Assembly: GCA_016874735.1 (NCBI GenBank)
Contig: VGTI01000001.1
Coordinates: 276,466 to 340,465, forward strand
Direction of reading: 5' to 3'
Source of the DNA: Deltaproteobacteria bacterium
Lineage (GTDB): Bacteria; Bdellovibrionota_B; Oligoflexia; Oligoflexales; CAIYRB01
Length of the DNA stretch: 64,000 nt
Part shown: piece by piece, positions 48,127 through 55,703 of the stretch
Numbering within the stretch: position 1 is the first letter of the stretch
How the letters are laid out: each line of letters opens with the position of its first letter
The notes under the pieces: generated by a model
What the model was told of the DNA's origin: nothing
What the model saw: only the letters and a program-made list of their open reading frames with translations
Databases searched by the model: none
Made by a program: the position numbers and the translations under genes

Positions 48127-48966
48127 TCAAGCGCTTTCTAGAAACCGCGAGAGCATCTCAGTGAACTGCGACCAACAACTATGCCCCATTGACTCACTGT
48201 CGACACAATTATGAGCAAAATGGGGCGCCACTTGGGACGCAGCATTATCAAGCGGCACGAGCGTCCATCGCGCATGAGGATAACGCTTGAGTAAGCGCGC
48301 TAAACCGACGTAGCTGACGAGCTCGTCACGCGGCGCCGCAAAGATCATCGTCGGTATATTTAGATTGTGAGCGCTGATCTCAGCCGTCGCCGCAGCGCTG
48401 GCAAATACGGCGTTATAGGCCATGAGCGGCAGCTGGTCATGGACGCGAAAAGCCGGCGGTGAACGACTAGGAATATGTTTGACCCAAGGTAGTAGATTAA
48501 GGGTCTTGATGAGACGCGCGTACCAGCGCAGTCGTATAGCTGGCACGATGAGGGCGCGTTTATGAAAGACGGGCGTTGCGCCATCATTATGCTCATCATC
48601 GTTGACAAAATCGACGTTTAGCAAGGCTCCGAGTGAAATACCGACGAAGTTGAGCGGCACACCATACTGCTTACTCAGAATGGCAGCTTTGGCTATTGCC
48701 TGCCGCATGTCCTCGAGCCAAATATCCCGCGTCACAGCGGCAAGACTGGCGTAGTTGCCGTCATGACCAGTCAGCGTCAAAGTGACGACCATGTGACCAA
48801 GCGACTGCAATAGCTGGGCGATGTCGCCGAGGCGCGCAGGCCTTAGATTGAAGCCGTGCGTGAGTAGGGTGACGGCCCGGATCGGTACATCTTGCGTCGG
48901 GCGCCTTATGTCTAACTGGCTCGCAGGTGCACTCATCAAAATATCCAGTATTGCTGATTGTCGCAC
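48127..48966 (-). CDS. alpha/beta-fold hydrolase
   Basis: HGFN oxyanion region and nucleophile elbow GISLGA. 279 aa. Confidence 0.65.
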   Translation of the reverse strand: MRQSAILDILMSAPASQLDIRRPTQDVPIRAVTLLTHGFNLRPARLGDIAQLLQSLGHMVVTLTLTGHDGNYASLAAVTRDIWLEDMRQAIAKAAILSKQYGVPLNFVGISLGALLNVDFVNDDEHNDGATPVFHKRALIVPAIRLRWYARLIKTLNLLPWVKHIPSRSPPAFRVHDQLPLMAYNAVFASAAATAEISAHNLNIPTMIFAAPRDELVSYVGLARLLKRYPHARWTLVPLDNAASQVAPHFAHNCVDSESMGHSCWSQFTEMLSRFLESA

Positions 48967-49009
48967 GGGGTCGAGCGAATTTTGTCACTTTAGGTAACGA
49001 GCTGCTATC

Positions 49010-50296
49010 ATGACTAAAAATCACAAAATAAGCGAGTCCCCTGCCGCGGCCCCAACACCGCGTTATATGGAGTCTAGATTGACGGCGCAAGTAGCACATA
49101 CTCAAGTCATTGCCCCGGTCCCAGAATTCCCCGGCGCTCGCATTACTGAGGGCCGCGTCAAGGCTCTTGATGGAGTCCGTGGTCTCGCTATTGCGATGGT
49201 CATGATCGGTCATATAGGCGAGTTCGGGACTGACATCAGCCCGATCTTTCGCGCCGTGTATGCCCTTAGTTGGATTGGGGTGGAGCTATTCTTTGCGCTG
49301 TCAGGTTTTCTCATCACCAGCATTTTACTCGAGACTTTAAACACCAAAACATATCTGGCTCGCTTCTACCTACGACGGTTCTGGCGTATCGTGCCGCTTT
49401 ACTACGTAGTCCTAACGGTAACGACCTTTGTGCTCCCGCAAATATTTACTGAATTGATCACGCCCGAGATGGCCGCGACGTGGCGTGACCATGCACCGTG
49501 GTACTATGGGTTCCTCGCCAACTTCATGATGCTTAGGCTTAACGACATGCCTAAGGATCCCGTGACGGTGGCTTGGTCGCTGGCTATTGAGGAGCAATTT
49601 TACCTGGTGTGGCCACTAGTCGTCATGAGCTTTAGACGCTGGCGACCACTGGGGGTCCTAGGATCCTTGATAGCTCTAAGCATCGGGCTTAAAGCGGTAC
49701 TACTGATGCGGGGATGGAATGAGTTTCATTTTTACCTATTCACCCCAACGCGCCTAGAGCCCCTGGTGATCGGCTCTGCCCTCGCTCTCGCGCGTCATCA
49801 TGGCTATTTGCGATCTTTTGGCACTGCGGGGGATCACGTTTGGCCGCTGGCAAAATGGCCGTTTGCGCGCCTAGGATGCATTGCCGCTGTCGTACTACTA
49901 TTCCTGCATTTATTGTCGCTCCTTAGCTACGGGGTAGCAGGCGTTGGCGTCGTCGCCACTGTCATCGAGAGTCTAACCTACTATCTACTAATTGGAATTA
50001 TGTTTACATCGCTGCTTGGCTATGTGTTGGCTAAACCAGACAGTGATGTTGCGCGCCTATTTCAGAAAAAGTGGCTATGCCAATTAGGCTTATGGAGCTA
50101 CTCGATCTACCTGACCCACAACTTAATCAATCACGGTTTAGCTCAGTCTGGCCTGACTTTTGGGATTTTGGGGACTAATGTCGTGGGCCTGATCGGTCAC
50201 GGGCTGGTCACCGTGACTTTATCTGTCGGGGTCGGGTGTGTGCTTTATGTTTACGTGGAGCGTCCAATCATTAGCTGGCGTAATCGGTGTATTTAA
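49010..50296 (+). CDS. acyltransferase family 3 membrane protein (O-acyltransferase)
   Basis: Ten or more hydrophobic segments. LDGVRGLAIAMVMIGH and FFALSGFLIT motifs typical of Acyl_transf_3. Confidence 0.8.
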   Translation: MTKNHKISESPAAAPTPRYMESRLTAQVAHTQVIAPVPEFPGARITEGRVKALDGVRGLAIAMVMIGHIGEFGTDISPIFRAVYALSWIGVELFFALSGFLITSILLETLNTKTYLARFYLRRFWRIVPLYYVVLTVTTFVLPQIFTELITPEMAATWRDHAPWYYGFLANFMMLRLNDMPKDPVTVAWSLAIEEQFYLVWPLVVMSFRRWRPLGVLGSLIALSIGLKAVLLMRGWNEFHFYLFTPTRLEPLVIGSALALARHHGYLRSFGTAGDHVWPLAKWPFARLGCIAAVVLLFLHLLSLLSYGVAGVGVVATVIESLTYYLLIGIMFTSLLGYVLAKPDSDVARLFQKKWLCQLGLWSYSIYLTHNLINHGLAQSGLTFGILGTNVVGLIGHGLVTVTLSVGVGCVLYVYVERPIISWRNRCI

Positions 50297-50559
50297 TTTT
50301 TAGACAACTGGACCGGAAGTCACTAATTGTGCGGATGAAAGTAAATGGGAATCATTAATTTCCCACGGAACCAGTCAAAGAATTGAATAAGCCTTAAACA
50401 CTGCGAGTTACTATCTCAGGGTGCGAAATACAAACACCGGAGTTCCTACCTGGGATTTCACGGAATCCTACTAAAGCCCCTATATGCATGATGAAATTGT
50501 TTGGTATCCGATTACCATAAATCTAGATGCAACCTTGTAATCGGTACCGTTGTAGGAAT

Positions 50560-50575
50560 TGGCATCATTTTCGCA
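50560..50575 (+). promoter_or_regulatory. sigma-54-type -24/-12 promoter candidate upstream of lipoprotein paralog 1
   Basis: TTGGCATCATTTTCGCAT versus consensus YTGGCACGrNNNTTGCW: GG and GC are correctly spaced, with TGGCA and GCA matched. In an ORF-free leader, 155 nt before ATG 50730. Confidence 0.4.
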
Positions 50576-50729
50576 TCTGAGTAATCACGCCTCAAAAAAT
50601 CGCATTGTCGTTATTTTTGTGACTACTTCGCTCCCCAAGGATTGGGTTCGGATCAATCGAGGCTACCAGCAGTTCGTGTGTGCCTGAGAGTCATCTCCGT
50701 CAAACTCAATTACTCATGGGAGAGTAGTA

Positions 50730-51839
50730 ATGATCCGTTCATGGACGAAGTTAAGTTATGGCGCACGTATTATAAGTGGCAAAACCGCTCTGCTTGCCTT
50801 GGTGTCGGGGTTGTTGCCAATCCTCGGTGCATGCTCATCAGGCAAATCAGATTTTGCCGATGCGAGCATATCGGCAGAGGCTCAAGAGCATTTCAACATA
50901 TACGATAAGTTGAAGGATGATCCTGGTTTCAAAGAGCAATTTGCCAATAGGATGGCGTTGAAACCAGATTACAGTATCAAAACAAGCTTTGATTTAACCG
51001 CCAACGGAAAATTGTATAAAAATGCTGACGAAATTTTTAAGCGAAATTCTAAGATACATAACGTTGGATTCAACGGTTCTTATGCCGACTTCCTTAAGAT
51101 GCACGGCGTCGGAATCGGTAGCGTAGAGCTTAGAGATTTTCAACTTGCAGACGACATTACGGCCGACAATCTACAAGCAAACGGTAATAAGGAAGCTCTC
51201 GCCGCATTGTTGAAAAAATATACTTTGTTGGATTTCGTCAGGGCGACTAGAGCTGAATTGATTGTTGCGACCTACAAAAAGCTCTTGGGATCTAATAAAT
51301 CCGCTGCTTTAGGGCTGCTATCGGCAGACAAAGCGATCGAAAAGGGAGGCGATGTCACGGAAAAATTCATAGACGCGATTGACAAAGGTCCTGAACGTTC
51401 CGCTAACCAAAAGCTAAAAAATGCATGTGCGAAAGCAGTAGACGCATGTGTTACCGAGAGGACGAATGTTGAGCTTGAAAGGTGGCTGCAGTGCACTGGC
51501 AGTTTAAACGACCCGAATGTTACTCTTAATATGCGTGTTCCTAGGCAAAATATGGCCGGCAACGATGGTATGGCGGTGTGGAGCCCCTACTCTTACCCCG
51601 GTACTCTCGCCTGTGGTGAGCACTACTGGAGAGCCTATTGTGCTGAAGGTTATAAAAAGAAGGATAACAGTGAGAAGTACTATCACTCAGACAATGAGAC
51701 TCAAGGCTGCTCGTGGCAGCACGACAAAGAGAAGTCTCCGAAAAAGCCTAACGAAGACGTAAAAGCAATTCTAGAGAGAAGAAGTGTTTGTGAGGCCCAA
51801 AAAGGTTGCAATCTCAGCATTAATTTGGGTAACACCTAA
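50730..51839 (+). CDS. Cys-rich lipoprotein of unrecognised family (paralog 1)
   Basis: GGGAGAG SD 6 nt upstream. Lipobox LLPILGAC. About 10 Cys in the C-terminal third. Shares motifs with the 54076..55347 product. Visibly AT-richer than its neighbours. Confidence 0.7.
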   Translation: MIRSWTKLSYGARIISGKTALLALVSGLLPILGACSSGKSDFADASISAEAQEHFNIYDKLKDDPGFKEQFANRMALKPDYSIKTSFDLTANGKLYKNADEIFKRNSKIHNVGFNGSYADFLKMHGVGIGSVELRDFQLADDITADNLQANGNKEALAALLKKYTLLDFVRATRAELIVATYKKLLGSNKSAALGLLSADKAIEKGGDVTEKFIDAIDKGPERSANQKLKNACAKAVDACVTERTNVELERWLQCTGSLNDPNVTLNMRVPRQNMAGNDGMAVWSPYSYPGTLACGEHYWRAYCAEGYKKKDNSEKYYHSDNETQGCSWQHDKEKSPKKPNEDVKAILERRSVCEAQKGCNLSINLGNT

Positions 51840-52138
51840 CGGACCCGTGTCAGAATATGCACCGCGGATTTCAGTCACTGCTGGGATTCGCGTGCAAATT
51901 TGAAAATTCCGGGATGTCAGCTCAGCCCGACGGTAGAAAAAACCTAACGACACCAATCTTGTCGAAAATAATGCAGCGCAATGAAATATACGGTGGCGAG
52001 TGATGATACTGAAGATCTGCGGATAAGTTGACTCACTGCGATCATTAGACCAGAGTCACCGATCGTGAAAGTGACGGTAGGCTTGTCGACTTAGAGTTGC
52101 AGTAGTGGATTAGCAGCGCGCTAAACGGCTCTACTCCG

Positions 52139-52681
52139 CTAAAAAGTCAGCGGCCAGCTTAGCTCGAGCATGAGCTCCGGCGTAAACCCGGGATCTTTAC
52201 CACAGGCCGCTACGATGGATGCAGCTAGGGAGAGTGCATCACGATCAAGTTCGATGCAGTCGAGAGCATCGCGCACCTCAGAGCGGTTGGCCAGAGCCAG
52301 GCATTTATTGATCGCCAAATCCACGTCGTGGAGTCGGTATCGTAATACATCGTCTTTAACTACCAGGAAAAAGCGAAAGGCAGTATCTCTAACCCATTCG
52401 AGTTTGACTTGATCCTCGCCCTTCGACACGGTGGCACGGTAAAAACTGGGCTGAGCCATGTTCGTATCTACCGTGTATCCGGCGTCGGTGAGAGTCTTAC
52501 GGTCGCTTTCGTATGCAGCAAGGACTGCGAGATAACCCTCATGAAAGATGGCGATATCTGCGGATTACCGCAGCGAATCGGGATGTCTCTGAATGGCGGA
52601 GGCGCCTGCTACGTAGCTATCCGGATTGCGGTGCTCTTGCGGGAGGCGTAGCAGGTTTTTTTGAAATTTAGTCAGCGGCAT
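52139..52681 (-). pseudogene. AbiEii/DUF1814-type nucleotidyltransferase toxin homolog interrupted by one in-frame TAA
   Basis: My codon-by-codon read from ATG 52681 gives MPLTKFQKNLLRLPQEHRNPDSYVAGASAIQRHPDSLR-TAA(52567..52565)-SADIAIFHEG..., continuing in the same frame into ORF 52139..52459. YVAGASAI and R*SADIAIF align with the family motif [YF]LAGGTAL...R.S.D[IL]DFF. INKCLALANRSEVRDALD aligns with K..A...R....RD..D. Confidence 0.6.
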
Positions 52682-52991
52682 CGCTCAGCGCTCCCGCTTT
52701 AGTTAAATCAAGTTCATGTGCCAGGCGCATACCTTATTGATATCAAGGTCTTAGCCATATCCATCCTATGTATATACATATCGGCGTAAGGCCAATCTGA
52801 CTTCAGTCATGTCTCGCTGATTTGTTGGCTAACGCTATAACTGCGGGTCCGTCCGGTAAGGAGCTTGAGGCTCTTTGCGGACTGAGTGTGGGAGAGCTTG
52901 ATAAGCCACGAGCGAAAGGGCACTAGATTGAAAGCAAGCGACTTCACCCAAACGTGAGAACCACGAAGATTTTTTGGGCAAATTGCAGAGC

Positions 52992-53023
52992 GCGGTAGTT
53001 GAGGCAAGTGCTTCAACTACCGC
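52992..53023 (-). terminator. hairpin downstream of the second RRM gene
   Basis: GCGGTAGTTGA-10 nt-TCAACTACCGC (11-bp perfect stem), 25 nt after the stop. There is no clear U-tract. Confidence 0.35.
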
Positions 53024-53048
53024 TCTTAACTGCAAACTAACGCTAGAA

Positions 53049-53393
53049 TTACCAGCGTCCGCCGCCGCCGCCGCCGCCGAAGCCGCCGCGACCACCGCCG
53101 CCGCCGCCGCCGAAGCCGCCGCGACCACCGCCGCCGCCGCCGCGTGGCTTATCTTCGGCTTCGTTCACCTTAATGGTGCGGCCGTCGAGTTCTTTGCCGT
53201 CCATGCCAGAAACCGCCATTTGGGCTCCTTCTGCATCGGCGAAGGTTACGAAACCAAAGCCGCGGGAGCGACCGGTGTCGCGATCTTGGATGACCTTTGC
53301 TTCATCCACTTGACCGAAACGCTCAAAGGCCTGACGCAGCGTGTCATCACTAGTATTCCAGCTTAAACCACCAACAAAAACTTTCTTTCCCAT
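53049..53393 (-). CDS. RRM-type RNA-binding protein with expanded Gly/Arg/Phe tail (paralog of 11681..11995)
   Basis: RNP2 KVFVGGLSW and RNP1 RGFGFVTF. Tail RGGGGGGRGGFGGGGGGGRGGFGGGGGGGRW. Confidence 0.9.
   Translation of the reverse strand: MGKKVFVGGLSWNTSDDTLRQAFERFGQVDEAKVIQDRDTGRSRGFGFVTFADAEGAQMAVSGMDGKELDGRTIKVNEAEDKPRGGGGGGRGGFGGGGGGGRGGFGGGGGGGRW
53061..53144. repeat. coding GCC/GGC run containing a 2 x 33-nt tandem duplication
   Basis: GAAGCCGCCGCGACCACCGCCGCCGCCGCCGCC at 53079..53111 is repeated at 53112..53144 (last base differs). It encodes the duplicated GGGGGGRGGFG unit. Confidence 0.8.
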
Positions 53394-54014
53394 GTCTCTC
53401 TCAATCCAAAAACAGGTAATTTGTAGAACTCAAGACAACGATTGTCTCTTGTTCATGGACATCTGTGTACTACCATTATTAATAAAATGCCTCACTTAAG
53501 TTACGATCCGAGACGTTCCGCCTCTTTTCTTGTGGGGGCGGTAAATTTTTGTACAGTGATCCTCTATAGTTATGATCCAGTTTAAAACTTAGGTATACCG
53601 AAAGCGAACGATGTTGTGTGGTGGCGTTAGACTATCCAGACGATGGGCGCACCTGGCTGCGAAGTGCAGGCTCACACGTGCGGCGTCTAGACGACCCGAA
53701 CACCAGCTTTCATGAATATGGTCAATATTTTCGGAGTGTTTCCTACAACCCGACTTGAGCATCATCCTGTGACTACGTATTGGGCAGTGTCGTGCAACTT
53801 TACAAATGTCACCGAAGATTGATATTTAAGTGTATTTACGATAAAATATATTCAGAAAATCGATCAATCTGAAAATTGCTTGGACATCCCGCAGCTGTGC
53901 TTTGATCTGCAGATATTTGGACTGAAGACATGATTAGCGGACAATCAAATTGTGCCTAAAATCAGGCATGTGGCGCGCATTTTGTAGCGACCAAAATAAC
54001 CACCTCATCGGCAC

Positions 54015-54030
54015 TGGTGCAGAAATCGCA
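54015..54030 (+). promoter_or_regulatory. sigma-54-type -24/-12 promoter candidate upstream of lipoprotein paralog 2
   Basis: CTGGTGCAGAAATCGCAAT: GG and GC at canonical spacing, and the same TCGCA -12 variant as at 50571. 46 nt before ATG 54076. Confidence 0.3.
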
Positions 54031-54075
54031 ATATGGATTTCAGCAACACAAGTCCGTTTTTAGAGTGAGGTGATT

Positions 54076-55347
54076 ATGAGACGACAAATATTGTTGGTTA
54101 CCGGTGGTTGGTCGGTGACGCTGGCCGTATCACTCATGGTATCGGCGGGAATCGGCACGGGTTGTTCGGGCAGCAAGTCTACTTTGTCGGGTGATGTGAC
54201 ACCCTCCCCTGAATCTGAGGAGATGTTTGGCGCTTACGGAAAAATTGCTGATGATGAAAGCTTTAAGCAATCTTATCTTGCAGCGTTGAATTCCGAGATT
54301 GAATCATCTTCTGAGCCTATCGCTGTGAAGGTACAAGGTGTTGTTATTAACGATCTGAGTTCCTTGTTGCGGGATCAGTTGAAAATCGGATTAAGCCAAA
54401 CCAAAATCAGAGAATTGCCTAAAAATGCATCAAGAAAAAAATTGATCCAGTTTGTCGAGCATAGCCCACTCAACGCCGTGGATTTCGAAAAGTATCGGGC
54501 TTTTATGTCAGCGAAATTGTTAGCTGGTAAGAATGCGAAAGCTTTATCAGATCTGTATGAAAATGTTTCGTTGGCCGACCAGGTAAAATCGATCAAAGTT
54601 GGGACCGTTTTAGCGGCTATGGGAACCTGGGTGAGTAAACAGAATGATCAAGAGCAAAAGCTTAGTCTTCTTTTAGGGGGCGAAGTCGCCGGTGCGGCAG
54701 TTAGCGGAATAACGGACATCATTAAAACTGCAATGAATAACTATAGCCCAGTGTCTTTATCTGAGGCCAATCTAAATAATGCACAAGCTGACGAAAGCCG
54801 GGCCAAAGCAATGCAAATGATTACCGATAGTGGCTTAGAGGGGACGTTAAACACACAGGTCTTGCAATGCCAGGCCAGCAAGTACAACAGACCTTACGAG
54901 AAGTGGAAAGGCTGCACCGAGCAGGGAGCTCTGATGGGAAAAACACAAGGTAAAGGCACAGTAGCAGAAGTGGGGTCCTATTTCCCGAAAGATACGTGCA
55001 CTAACGGTGTAGCCAGGGATCTAAGGCATCAAGGGGATGAAGCGCGTGCAGAAGGGGGGCCAGCAAAATCCAGTGACTATGGCAGATTCTATCCCGGAAA
55101 TCCCGAACAGGGCTGTCAGGAGGTGCGATGGGACTGCGTATGTGAAGCGGGTTATAGGGTTAATAAAACTACCAGGATTGTACCAACTTGGGTGCACGAT
55201 AATAGTTCGTCGTTTGGTTGTGCGTGGCACCTTGCGGATAGCCAGCCGAAAGAGGTCAAGAAACCAGATGCTGATAAGGGCTTTGATTGTGATACAGGAA
55301 TTATCGATTACATCGCGAAAGCACTTAAACTGCGCGGAAAGTTATAA
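54076..55347 (+). CDS. Cys-rich lipoprotein of unrecognised family (paralog 2)
   Basis: GAGG SD 5 nt upstream of ATG 54076 (the ORF track starts at GTG 54070). Signal peptide with the lipobox-like motif SAGIGTGC. Shared motifs with paralog 1: EMFGAYGKIADDESFKQSY, LQC, CVCEAGY, GCAWH. Confidence 0.7.
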   Translation: MRRQILLVTGGWSVTLAVSLMVSAGIGTGCSGSKSTLSGDVTPSPESEEMFGAYGKIADDESFKQSYLAALNSEIESSSEPIAVKVQGVVINDLSSLLRDQLKIGLSQTKIRELPKNASRKKLIQFVEHSPLNAVDFEKYRAFMSAKLLAGKNAKALSDLYENVSLADQVKSIKVGTVLAAMGTWVSKQNDQEQKLSLLLGGEVAGAAVSGITDIIKTAMNNYSPVSLSEANLNNAQADESRAKAMQMITDSGLEGTLNTQVLQCQASKYNRPYEKWKGCTEQGALMGKTQGKGTVAEVGSYFPKDTCTNGVARDLRHQGDEARAEGGPAKSSDYGRFYPGNPEQGCQEVRWDCVCEAGYRVNKTTRIVPTWVHDNSSSFGCAWHLADSQPKEVKKPDADKGFDCDTGIIDYIAKALKLRGKL

Positions 55348-55375
55348 AACTTAGTTAGGTAGAAGTTTAGGGACA

Positions 55376-55407
55376 AATCCCGAGATTCCATCACCGGACT
55401 CGGGATT
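55376..55407 (+). terminator. hairpin downstream of paralog 2
   Basis: AATCCCGAG-14 nt-CTCGGGATT. A T-run occurs only 15 nt further on. Confidence 0.3.
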
Positions 55408-55549
55408 CTCTATTGAAACGATTTTTAATCAGAATGAACCAAAACCGCGGGATAAAACTTATACGAAACGGTCTGTGTTTATGGGCGGGGTCTTCGTGAC
55501 GTCGATATATTGCGCGCCACTCGAGTGAGGTACTAAAACATCTAAAGAC

Positions 55550-55625
55550 TGGTGGAGGTAAGGGGAGTCGAACCCCTGACCTTCGCAATGCCATTGCGAC
55601 GCTCTACCAACTGAGCTATACCCCC
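55550..55625 (-). tRNA. tRNA-Ala (anticodon GGC), CCA encoded
   Basis: Hand-folded 76 nt: GGGGGTA/TACCTCC acceptor with the G3:U70 Ala identity pair, D arm GCTC-AGTTGGTA-GAGC, anticodon stem TCGCA/TGCGA with loop ATGGCAT, T arm AGGGG-TTCGACT-CCCCT, and 3' ACCA. Confidence 0.92.
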
Positions 55626-55703
55626 AAGGATCACTGTAGGTTGTCGGTTATGCTTTTTCCGTACCTAGCTGTCAACTCAAAATCCAAATGAGAGGAGCTC
55701 TCC

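Noticed and set aside
50633-50642. 10-nt identity CCCCAAGGAT with 55622..55631 at the tRNA, considered as att-type direct repeats bounding the interval
   Set aside because: The match covers the tRNA 5' end and upstream flank rather than the 3' end. It is only 10 nt with no extension, so it is compatible with chance.
52807-53016. 69-aa minus-strand ORF upstream of the decayed toxin, considered as its antitoxin
   Set aside because: Its TTG start lies inside the RRM terminator hairpin. I recognise no HTH or AbiEi-like motif, and a 125-nt gap with no coupling separates it from the toxin start.
53061-53144. GCC repeat tract as a possible CRISPR or non-coding microsatellite
   Set aside because: It is in-frame coding sequence for the Gly-rich tail. 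There is no spacer-repeat architecture.
52835-53366. Poly-Ala ORFs 52835..53128 (-) and 52974..53366 (+)
   Set aside because: They are artefacts of the GGC/GCC run encoding the Gly tail of the RRM protein. One also begins inside the terminator hairpin.
55391-55594. 67-aa minus-strand ORF
   Set aside because: It reads straight through the tRNA-Ala gene.
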